From: a virus
Direction: 5' to 3' (one strand)
DNA length: 45,573 bases
Virus record (IMG/VR): IMGVR_UViG_3300027365_000002
The notes under the pieces were generated by a model, which saw nothing but the letters and a program-made list of their open reading frames with translations, did not search any database and was not told the origin of the DNA. Shown piece by piece: positions 15,352 through 22,464 of this stretch. A program made the position numbers and the translations under genes. How positions within the stretch are numbered: the first letter of the stretch is position 1; every line of letters starts with the position of its first letter.

Positions 15352-15443
15352 GTCAGGCACTGCATACCGGACTGACGCTGGCGCTGGCCGCCTCGCTACC
15401 GGTGCTGGCGTGGATCGGATTTCTTGGGAGGTACGCAGGATGA
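15348..15443 (+). CDS. 31-aa hydrophobic peptide (not in the ORF track)
   Basis: My translation is MSQALHTGLTLALAASLPVLAWIGFLGRYAG. There are ATGA start/stop overlaps with both the upstream (15349-51) and downstream (15440-42) genes. Confidence 0.45.
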   Translation: MSQALHTGLTLALAASLPVLAWIGFLGRYAG

Positions 15444-15634
15444 CACAACTGACACGCGGCCACGGCCGCTACTGGTGCCCGATGTGCTGCCGCACCCGCG
15501 GCGAGGGCGAGATGACCGTATTCGACCCGGCGACGGGCGAGCGCCACGTGCTGACCGCTTGCCGCCGGTGCCAGCTGTCCAGCAGCAAGGCGAATCACCG
15601 GGCGCGCACGGCGTCGTTTGCGGGGAGGTGGTGA
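15440..15634 (+). CDS. Small zinc-ribbon protein (hypothetical)
   Basis: The start was trimmed to ATG 15440 (MTQLTRGHGRYWCPMCC...CRRC), which is preceded by GGGAGG. It has two Cys pairs. Confidence 0.55.
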   Translation: MTQLTRGHGRYWCPMCCRTRGEGEMTVFDPATGERHVLTACRRCQLSSSKANHRARTASFAGRW

Positions 15635-16620
15635 TGATCACGGCAGCAATGCTTCCCGCGCTGCTGGGCCGCCCGGTGGCCTACCAGCCCTCGCTGACGC
15701 TGCTGCCCGGTGTCAGCGTGCAGGCGGCCATCTTCCTGAGCCAGGCACTGTTCCTGGGCAACACGCCGACCGCACAGAAGCGGGGCGGCTGGTTCTGGAA
15801 AGAGCAGCAGGGCGACTGCGACAGCTGGGAAGCCGAGACCGGCATGAGCGCCAAGCAACAGGTGACCGCGCGCCGCCAGCTGGTGGCGATCGGCGTTCTC
15901 GAGGAGAAGCGTCAGGGCGTGCCGGCGAAGACCTGGTATCGCGTCGATTGTGAGCGGCTGGCGCAGCTACTCGCCGAGGCGCTCGACCCCGAAGAAGCGC
16001 CCGCCAGCCCGCATGGACAGCCAGACTCTCCCAATGGGAGAAACTGCAATCTCCCAACCGGAGAAACAAGAGACGCCCAACCGGAGTGCACAGAATCCCC
16101 CGATGGGAGTTTTCTTACAGAGACTACAACAGAGAAAACCCCCTCTCTCTCTGGCGCGGGCGAGGGCTCGAACGAGTCGATCTTCGAGCAGGCCGCACGC
16201 CGAACCGATGACGGCCAGCCGCTGCCCACGACCGAGCGCCATCACCCGATGACGCTGGACTGGCAACCGGACGCTCAGCTGTTCGCTGCCCAGTGCCAGC
16301 GCCGTGGCCTGCCCGCCGGCACCGAGTACACCACGGCCGACCTGGCCGACTTCACCGCGCACTTTGCCGACCAGCCCAAGCGGATGAGCGATGCCGCCTG
16401 GACGAATCGCTTTGCCCGCTGGGTCCACGAGAACCGTCAGCGCCAGCAGCCCGCTCAACCCCAGCAATCCGCCACCGGAGGTGCCCGTCATGGATCTCGC
16501 CAGCAACGTACTCCAGCGCGCCATCGAACAGCCCAGGAAGCACGCGCCGCCGCCCGGGCCGCAGCAGCCGGCGGCGAGGGCGGAGACGTCTTCGACGGCG
16601 ACTGGACCCCGGGTCACTGA
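15634..16620 (+). CDS. Replication initiation protein (N-terminal winged-helix, C-terminal DnaT-like domain)
   Basis: Start at ATG 15634 after GGGGAGG. WFWKEQQ...WEAETGMSAKQQVTARRQLVAIGVLEEKRQGVPAKTWYRV is typical of phage O/DnaD-like wHTH domains. The C-terminal DWQPD...FTAHFADQ...W.NRFARWV resembles DnaT-type domains. Confidence 0.65.
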   Translation: MITAAMLPALLGRPVAYQPSLTLLPGVSVQAAIFLSQALFLGNTPTAQKRGGWFWKEQQGDCDSWEAETGMSAKQQVTARRQLVAIGVLEEKRQGVPAKTWYRVDCERLAQLLAEALDPEEAPASPHGQPDSPNGRNCNLPTGETRDAQPECTESPDGSFLTETTTEKTPSLSGAGEGSNESIFEQAARRTDDGQPLPTTERHHPMTLDWQPDAQLFAAQCQRRGLPAGTEYTTADLADFTAHFADQPKRMSDAAWTNRFARWVHENRQRQQPAQPQQSATGGARHGSRQQRTPARHRTAQEARAAARAAAAGGEGGDVFDGDWTPGH

Positions 16621-17257
16621 GTCGGACATGGATCACCTGTTCAACGCCATGAGCCAGCTGTTCGGCAACAAGTTCACCTCGCAGTGGGGCGCGTTCGACG
16701 AGACCGGCGCCTGGCTGGCCGAGCTGGCGCACCTGCCGCGCCGGGCGCTCGAGCTTGGCATTCAGCGCTGCCGTGAGCAGGTCCGCGACGCGGCCCGCAC
16801 CGGCGACGCCGCCTGGCCGCCGCAGCCGCTGGCCTTCGCCGGGCTGTGTGAGCCCCGCCCGGAGGATCTTGGGCTGCCGACCATGGCGCAGGCCTGGCGC
16901 GAGGCGAGCGGCCATGCCCATGACCCGGCGGGCTGGCGCTGGAGCCACGAAGCCGTGCGTCTGGCCGGTCAGGCGGTGGGCTGGTGGGAGATCCTGCACG
17001 TCCTGCCCAGCCGGGTGGAGCGTCTCGAGCGTCGGTTCGCCAGGGAGTACGAGGCGCTGATCAACCGCGTGATGGCCGGCGAGGACCTGACCCCGCGCCA
17101 TCTGCTCGAGCATGACGGCAACCGCACCCCGGCTGAACTGGCCGAGCGCGCCAGCCGGGAAGCCGGTGCCCGGGCCGCCGAGGCCGCGGGCCTGCCACAC
17201 ACCATGACCGCCGACCAGGGGCTGCGCAGCCTGCGCGCCGCCGTGAAAGGAGCCTGA
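16490..17257 (+). CDS. Lambda P-like replication protein (helicase loader)
   Basis: Collinear with lambda P. LFGNKFTSQWG aligns with LLATFPASL, PPQPLAFAGLC with LPSPGQFVAWC, and INRVMAGEDL with INRGEAI. The start is either 16490 (GGAGG RBS, 131-nt overlap with the upstream gene) or 16628. Confidence 0.7.
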   Translation: MDLASNVLQRAIEQPRKHAPPPGPQQPAARAETSSTATGPRVTESDMDHLFNAMSQLFGNKFTSQWGAFDETGAWLAELAHLPRRALELGIQRCREQVRDAARTGDAAWPPQPLAFAGLCEPRPEDLGLPTMAQAWREASGHAHDPAGWRWSHEAVRLAGQAVGWWEILHVLPSRVERLERRFAREYEALINRVMAGEDLTPRHLLEHDGNRTPAELAERASREAGARAAEAAGLPHTMTADQGLRSLRAAVKGA

Positions 17258-17258
17258 T

Positions 17259-18044
17259 ATGAGCAACGTGATTCCGTTCGACTTCAACAGCCATGCCGTG
17301 CGCGTCCTCGATCGCGATGGCGAGGTGTGGTTCGTCGCCGCCGATGTCGCCGCGACGCTGGAGTATTCATCGGCCAAGGACATGACCCGCCTTCTCGATG
17401 ATGACGAAAAGGGGCGGCAGATTCTGCCCACCCCGGGCGGCGAGCAAATGATGACCATCATCAACGAGTCGGGCCTTTACTCGGCGGTTCTGCGCAGTCG
17501 CAAGCCTGAGGCCCGGGCCTTCAAGAAGTGGGTGACCGCCGAGGTCCTGCCGACCATTCGCCGCACCGGCGGCTACCAGGTGCCGACACCCCAGCCCGCC
17601 GACGACAAGCTGCCGACCATCGCCCGCGCCTCGGCCCTGGCTGGCGCGCTGGACGCCGCGGCCCGGGCGTTCGGGTTCGACGACAACATGCGGCTGCTGT
17701 CGGTCAACCAGGCGGTCGAGAAGCGCACCGGCGTCAACCTGCTGGGCGAGCTCGGCGCGACCCACCTGCTGAGCCCGATGAACGAGCGCTACCTGACGCC
17801 CACCGAGCTGGGCCTGCCGCTGGACATGAGCGCGATCGCCGTCAACCGGATGCTCCGCGACCTGGGGCTGCAGGCTCAGCAGGCCGACGGCCGGGGCAAG
17901 CGCCACTGGGTGCTGACCGAGGCGGGGCGGCAGGCAGGCGGCCGGATGCTGGACACCGGCAAGCGCCACGGCGATGGGGCCCCGGTTCAGCAACTCAAGT
18001 GGCCGGAGAGCGTGGGGCAGATGCTCCGGGAGGATGCGGCATGA
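17259..18044 (+). CDS. Bro-N domain antirepressor-like protein
   Basis: The N-terminal F.F....VRV...DGE.WFVA.DVA..L.Y......M...LDDDEKG...............INESGLY..VLRSRKPEA..FKKWVT.EVLP.IR is the Bro-N/KilA-N-type signature. Confidence 0.8.
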   Translation: MSNVIPFDFNSHAVRVLDRDGEVWFVAADVAATLEYSSAKDMTRLLDDDEKGRQILPTPGGEQMMTIINESGLYSAVLRSRKPEARAFKKWVTAEVLPTIRRTGGYQVPTPQPADDKLPTIARASALAGALDAAARAFGFDDNMRLLSVNQAVEKRTGVNLLGELGATHLLSPMNERYLTPTELGLPLDMSAIAVNRMLRDLGLQAQQADGRGKRHWVLTEAGRQAGGRMLDTGKRHGDGAPVQQLKWPESVGQMLREDAA

Positions 18045-18238
18045 GCCTGAAACCCATCATCCGCATCGTGCTGATCGCCACGCTGATCGGACTGGCCCTG
18101 TACGCCGGCGCGGTCGTGGCGCTGGGCCAGCCCAACCCGGCCGAGTGGTCGACGCGGTCGCAGGCGGGCAGCGTGGTGACCGGCATCGTCCTCGGGCTGT
18201 GCATGCTGTGTTTCCGTCCGGAGGTGGCCGACCAATGA
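18041..18238 (+). CDS. Small membrane protein with two predicted TM helices
   Basis: Start at ATG 18041 after GGGAGGA. The sequence is MSLKPIIRIVLIATLIGLALYAGAVVAL...VVTGIVLGLCMLCF. Confidence 0.55.
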   Translation: MSLKPIIRIVLIATLIGLALYAGAVVALGQPNPAEWSTRSQAGSVVTGIVLGLCMLCFRPEVADQ

Positions 18239-18513
18239 GTATGAAACCCATCGACGTCGAGAACGTGGTGCTGCTGGCGCTGCTGCGGACCTCGGGCACG
18301 CCCAGTCACATCACGCTCGACCTGCGCTACGCCGGCCACGAGGTGGCGGGCTACGAGGTCACCCGGGCCCTGGGCACACTGCGCCGCGGCGGGCTGGTGC
18401 AGGTGCTCGCCGAGGAACAGCCGGCCCGCGGCATCAGCCAACCGATCTACTCACTCACCGCCGCCGGCATCGCCGAGACGCGGACACTGCCGGGAGGGGC
18501 CCAGCATGGCTAA
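18235..18513 (+). CDS. Small winged-helix-like protein (hypothetical)
   Basis: ATG 18235 overlaps the upstream stop. LLALLRTSG...YEVTRALGTLRRGGLV resembles MarR/PadR-type recognition helices. Confidence 0.5.
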   Translation: MSMKPIDVENVVLLALLRTSGTPSHITLDLRYAGHEVAGYEVTRALGTLRRGGLVQVLAEEQPARGISQPIYSLTAAGIAETRTLPGGAQHG

Positions 18514-19117
18514 GGCAACGATCACCGGCGCGGACCTGGTGCGCGCCATCCATGGCGAGAGCCAACAGACGCGCCGGGGCGTGACCGCGGGGATGGCGGC
18601 CACGCTGGTCAACGCGGGCAGCCAGGTCGAGCGCCAGCGAGTGGAGCGGATGCTGGCCGCCCTGCGCGACGAGGGCGCCCTGCGTTATGCCGAGGGGCGT
18701 TTCTGGGCAACCGAGCAGGGGCTGGCTGGCGCCGATCGTCCGTCAGAGAGCCAGACGCCAGCCTGCACGGGGTGCGATAGCCGCCCGGGGCAGTTCCACA
18801 ATCCGGAGTGCCCGGCGGTCAATGCCTTCCAGGCTGGGCGGATTTCGGAGACGCGCGAGCGTGCGGACGGCGCGGACCCGGTCGAGGCCTGCGAGCAGGC
18901 AACCGACCACGACGATCCTGACCTGCAGGATGGCGAGCCGGTCCCCACCCAGCCCCTCGACCTCGATGCCCTGGTGGAGCGCTCGGCCGTCATGTGCGCC
19001 GCACTGCTGGCGCAGGCCCGCCAGGCACCGGAGTCACCCGAGCGCCTGACCGAGCTGGCCTGGCTGCAGGAGACCGGCCGCATGCTGCTGGACGCAGGAG
19101 GTGCCAACCATGACTGA
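18506..19117 (+). CDS. Hypothetical protein
   Basis: 203 aa with a GGGAGGGG RBS, overlapping both neighbours. Confidence 0.55.
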   Translation: MAKATITGADLVRAIHGESQQTRRGVTAGMAATLVNAGSQVERQRVERMLAALRDEGALRYAEGRFWATEQGLAGADRPSESQTPACTGCDSRPGQFHNPECPAVNAFQAGRISETRERADGADPVEACEQATDHDDPDLQDGEPVPTQPLDLDALVERSAVMCAALLAQARQAPESPERLTELAWLQETGRMLLDAGGANHD

Positions 19118-19433
19118 CACCACTCACCGCCCGGGCGGCCCGCAGTCCAAGCGCGCGGCGCTGCTGGGCACCAACCCGCGGTTCCGGCTCTACCTCGACC
19201 AGCGTCGCCGCCACGGCCAGGGACTGAGCCGTGAGCAGCTGCCCGACGGCACCCACACCGAGGCGGACGCCGCGGATTTCATCCGCGATGCCTGTGGTGT
19301 GACCAGCCGGGCCGAGATCGATCACAACCCGGCGGCGCGGGAGATGCTCGACCGCATCGTCGCCGACTACCAGCGCTGGGAGCGACGTCAGCTCGCCATG
19401 CGCCAGCACACGGAACAGCGGAGGGCCGGTTGA
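19110..19433 (+). CDS. Hypothetical protein, paralogue of 19433..19693
   Basis: Start at ATG 19110, 9 nt after AGGAGG. It shares the C-terminal pattern F/W-I/L-R-x-x-C-x-V...I...P.A......IV.....WER with the next gene. Confidence 0.55.
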   Translation: MTDTTHRPGGPQSKRAALLGTNPRFRLYLDQRRRHGQGLSREQLPDGTHTEADAADFIRDACGVTSRAEIDHNPAAREMLDRIVADYQRWERRQLAMRQHTEQRRAG

Positions 19434-19693
19434 TGAGCGAGGCAATGCACCCGGTCGAGGTTGAGGCCCACGACCTGGCCGAGAACGAGCGGTTCTGCGA
19501 GTTCCTGGACGCCTGCCATGCGCTGGACAGCCGGTGGCCGCACAGCACATTCACGGCGGCCCGCTGGCTGCGCGAGCAATGCGACGTCGACACGCTGGGC
19601 CGGATCGGCACCGACCCGGAGGCCGCGGCGGCGTTCGCCCAGATCGTGAAGCGGTTTCGGCTGTGGGAGCGGAACGAGGAGCTGGAGGTATGA
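19433..19693 (+). CDS. Hypothetical protein, paralogue of 19110..19433
   Basis: ATG 19433 overlaps the upstream stop (TGATG); the track start 19430 is a TTG. Confidence 0.55.
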   Translation: MSEAMHPVEVEAHDLAENERFCEFLDACHALDSRWPHSTFTAARWLREQCDVDTLGRIGTDPEAAAAFAQIVKRFRLWERNEELEV

Positions 19694-20217
19694 GCTGGCG
19701 CAGCCAAGGGCAGCCGGGCCATAAGCCGGCACGCCGAAAGCGCTCGCTCAAGGCCGATGGCACGCCGCGCCGCCGGCCGATCGACTGGGAAGGGCAGGAG
19801 CAGGCCGCGCTGATGATGTGGCTCCGGGGTGAGGCGCATCGGGGCACGGCTGTGGCGCCTGCCCACGACAACACCTACGCGGTGCCCAACGGGGGCAGTC
19901 GGCATGGCAAGGAAGCTGGGAAGATGAAGGCGCAGGGCGTGCGTGCCGGGGTGAGCGATCTGGTCATCGCGGTGCCGCGGGGCGGGTATCACGGCCTGTA
20001 TCTCGAGCTGAAGGCCACACCGCCCCATGACTCGGCCCTGTCGCCATTGCAGCGGGAGTGGCTGGCGCAGATGGAATCGGCCGGTTACTGCGCGGCGCTG
20101 GCGCGGGGCATCGATGAGGCGAGGGCGGTGATCACCGAGTACATGAGCCGGCCGGCGACGCAGGTGGTGGGCGAGCCGCTGGCGCTGGAGAACGGAACGG
20201 ACTGGAGGGGCAATTGA
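19690..20217 (+). CDS. VRR-NUC domain nuclease (PD-(D/E)xK)
   Basis: Start at ATG 19690 after GGAGG. The motif GVRAGVSDLVIAVPRGGYHGLYLELKA...LQREWL..M...GY is the VRR-NUC D...ExK core. Confidence 0.75.
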   Translation: MSWRSQGQPGHKPARRKRSLKADGTPRRRPIDWEGQEQAALMMWLRGEAHRGTAVAPAHDNTYAVPNGGSRHGKEAGKMKAQGVRAGVSDLVIAVPRGGYHGLYLELKATPPHDSALSPLQREWLAQMESAGYCAALARGIDEARAVITEYMSRPATQVVGEPLALENGTDWRGN

Positions 20218-20792
20218 TGGGCATGGCAGCACTGGCGATGACGCAGATAGGTGGAGGATTCGTGGACTATCAGGCAATCCCGATCGGCGAGCTGCGCGAA
20301 CTGGCGCGCCAGCAGCACCCCGAGCATACCGACGAGGCGGCCCGGGCGTTCGTCCAGCGGATCCTCGAGATGGAGGTAGAGCGCCGCACGCTCTACGGCG
20401 ACGAGCACCTGCAGGGCTACGCCGCCAGCGCGATCGCCCCGGGAAGCGCCCCGGGCGGTACCGCTATCGCCCGTGAGCCACTGGCAGCGCTGTACGACCG
20501 TGGTATCCGCTATCACGAGGCGCACGAGGCAGCCCGCCGCTGGATCGCCGCAGCCCGGCTGCCGCCGCGCCAGCTGCTTGCGGTGCTGTTGCAGGCTCGC
20601 AAGCTGCACCCGCGCAATGCCGACCACGACTGGACGCGCAGCTATGACCAGATCGCCGCCGCCGGCCCGCACTACGCCCACCTGATGGGCTGGCCGCGGG
20701 AGTTCGGTAGGGGGCTCTACAAGAACGGTCAGGCGGTGAAGGATGCCGCCAAGGCGGCCAAGGTGTCGCTGATCCTGATGGCGAAGGTGTGA
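20217..20792 (+). CDS. Hypothetical protein; last early-right gene, immediately upstream of a regulated promoter (Q-like position)
   Basis: ATG 20217 overlaps the upstream stop (TGATG) and has a GGAGGGG RBS. 191 aa. No family was recognised. Confidence 0.55.
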   Translation: MGMAALAMTQIGGGFVDYQAIPIGELRELARQQHPEHTDEAARAFVQRILEMEVERRTLYGDEHLQGYAASAIAPGSAPGGTAIAREPLAALYDRGIRYHEAHEAARRWIAAARLPPRQLLAVLLQARKLHPRNADHDWTRSYDQIAAAGPHYAHLMGWPREFGRGLYKNGQAVKDAAKAAKVSLILMAKV

Positions 20793-20804
20793 TGCATACC
20801 ATTG

Positions 20805-20832
20805 TTGCGTTATCCGGATAACGTGCTATAGT
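20805..20832 (+). promoter_or_regulatory. Sigma70-like promoter with a perfect 14-bp palindrome in its spacer
   Basis: TTGCGT (20805-10), a 16-nt spacer, then TATAGT (20827-32). The palindrome GTTATCCGGATAAC occupies 20809-20822. Confidence 0.6.
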
Positions 20833-20862
20833 GAAGCCATGGACGGCAGAACAGCCACCACC

Positions 20863-20897
20863 GCGCCGGCGGAACCCGGTAAATCTCGACAGGAGAT
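20863..20897 (+). repeat. 35-nt leader element, copy A (ends 6 nt before ATG 20903)
   Basis: GCGCCGGCggaacCCGGTAAATCTCGacAGGAGAT matches copy B at 29 of 35 positions. Confidence 0.8.
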
Positions 20898-20902
20898 CGA
20901 TC

Positions 20903-21169
20903 ATGGATACCCAGCCTAACGCAAACGACATCGCCATCACTGAGTTCTACAGGGCATGGATTGTTCAAGTGTTGGGTGAGCCCGAGGCCGCCAAGATGAC
21001 TCGAGCCATCCGAGAACTGAATGAGCTGGCGCGCTGTGGAGATCCGATCCCGAGTGCCGAAGAACTCAAGACGGCCGCCAGCGCCAAGATCCTGATTGAC
21101 CTCATCGCGAAAGCGACCGGCGATGATCGCAAAGAGCTTGCCTACCTCGAGCACAACGAAGGTCAATGA
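20903..21169 (+). CDS. Hypothetical small protein
   Basis: Start at ATG 20903 after AGGAGA (MDTQPNANDIAITEFY...). 88 aa. A terminator follows. Confidence 0.55.
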   Translation: MDTQPNANDIAITEFYRAWIVQVLGEPEAAKMTRAIRELNELARCGDPIPSAEELKTAASAKILIDLIAKATGDDRKELAYLEHNEGQ

Positions 21170-21176
21170 ATCACTG

Positions 21177-21198
21177 GCCCCGCTTTGTCGGGGCTTTT
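21177..21198 (+). terminator. Rho-independent terminator
   Basis: GCCCCG (21177-82), loop ctttgt, CGGGGC (21189-94), then TTTT. Confidence 0.7.
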
Positions 21199-21233
21199 GC
21201 GCCGGCATGATCCGGTAAATCTCGCAAGGAGAT
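21199..21233 (+). repeat. 35-nt leader element, copy B (ends 8 nt before ATG 21241)
   Basis: GCGCCGGCatgatCCGGTAAATCTCGcaAGGAGAT lies 336 bp downstream of copy A. Confidence 0.8.
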
Positions 21234-21240
21234 ACTCACC

Positions 21241-22464
21241 ATGGCAAAGACCACCCGCACCTGCCCGGCCTGCAATGAGGCCACCATCACCTTCACCGCC
21301 CGCAACCGCAAGGAAGTCGAGCGCTACGCCGACTGGAAGATCGAGCATGGCCACGTCTGCGACGCCTGCCTGAAGCGTCAGCGCGAAGCTGAGGCTGCCA
21401 AGGCAGCAGAAGCCAATGCCGAGGCAGGTCTGCCTGCCCTGCAGGGCACCGAGAAGCAGATCGCCTGGGCGGAGAGGATCCGGGCCGAGATTCTCGGCAT
21501 CGTCGAGTCGCTGGCCAAGGCCACCGCGATGTTGCGTGAAGGGGATGTTGATGCTGCCCGTGCGGCTTATCGCCAGGTTCCGGCCCTCTGGCATCCCCAG
21601 CACCTGGACTTCTCTGACTTCAACGTCGACAAGGACGGCCAGGCCGAGATCGTGCTGGCGCTGGCCAAGCTGATCCGTCAGGTGCGTGATGCCGGGTGGT
21701 GGATCGACAACCGCGGCCTGAGCTTCACCCAGGCGCTGCGTGAGTTCCGCCAGCCGACTCTCGATGCCCTGCAGGGCGAGTCGGTCGACGAGGTTGTCGA
21801 TGACGTGACGATCAAGCCAGCCGATCCGGTGACCCAGGCGGTGGTCGAGATTCATGTCGGGCAGGGGTATATCACTGCCAAGCTCCCGGAGCGCCGTGAT
21901 GACTTCCGTGATGTGGTCTACCCGCTGGGCTATCGCTGGGACAGCGCCAGCCGAACCTGGGGCTTGTCGGTTGGCGCTCATCTCGGTACGCCGGAGGACC
22001 GAGCCGCCGAACTGATGCACAAGCTTCTCGCTGCGGGGTTCATCGTCAGCTGCCAGCGGTCGGCGGTGCGTGAGAAGGCGATCAGCGCCAGCTTCGAGCC
22101 GGTCTATCCACGCTGGCTGGTAGCGATGACCCGCGGGCGGTTCGCCGGCTGGGTGCGCCTGCTGGCAACCGATGGCCTGAACCTGAATGCCGACCTGGCA
22201 AAGCTGGATGCGCGCGAGGACTACTACCGTCAGGGCAGCTGGTACGTGCGTCCGGGGCATTACGAGGCGCTGCGCGACCTCGCCGAGATCCACGGGTTTC
22301 GGGTCAGCCGGGGGGCCGATGATCTGCTGACCCAGGCGCAGCGCCAGGACGAGGCCCGCCTGCTGGCCGATGACCTGCCGGAGGCACCGAGCGCCACTGC
22401 GCAAAGTCAGGAGCCGGAACGCCATATCCCTGACGGCATCGATCCGGAGTTGAGCGATGACTGA
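21241..22464 (+). CDS. Zinc-ribbon protein with two HARP-like repeats (putative partner of the SNF2 helicase)
   Basis: N-terminal CPAC...CDAC. YPLGYRWDSASRTWGLSVG...LMHKLLAAGFIV and a second ...YYRQGSWYVRPGHYEALRDLAEIHGFRV resemble HARP-domain patterns. The stop overlaps the helicase start by 8 nt. Confidence 0.45.
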   Translation: MAKTTRTCPACNEATITFTARNRKEVERYADWKIEHGHVCDACLKRQREAEAAKAAEANAEAGLPALQGTEKQIAWAERIRAEILGIVESLAKATAMLREGDVDAARAAYRQVPALWHPQHLDFSDFNVDKDGQAEIVLALAKLIRQVRDAGWWIDNRGLSFTQALREFRQPTLDALQGESVDEVVDDVTIKPADPVTQAVVEIHVGQGYITAKLPERRDDFRDVVYPLGYRWDSASRTWGLSVGAHLGTPEDRAAELMHKLLAAGFIVSCQRSAVREKAISASFEPVYPRWLVAMTRGRFAGWVRLLATDGLNLNADLAKLDAREDYYRQGSWYVRPGHYEALRDLAEIHGFRVSRGADDLLTQAQRQDEARLLADDLPEAPSATAQSQEPERHIPDGIDPELSDD

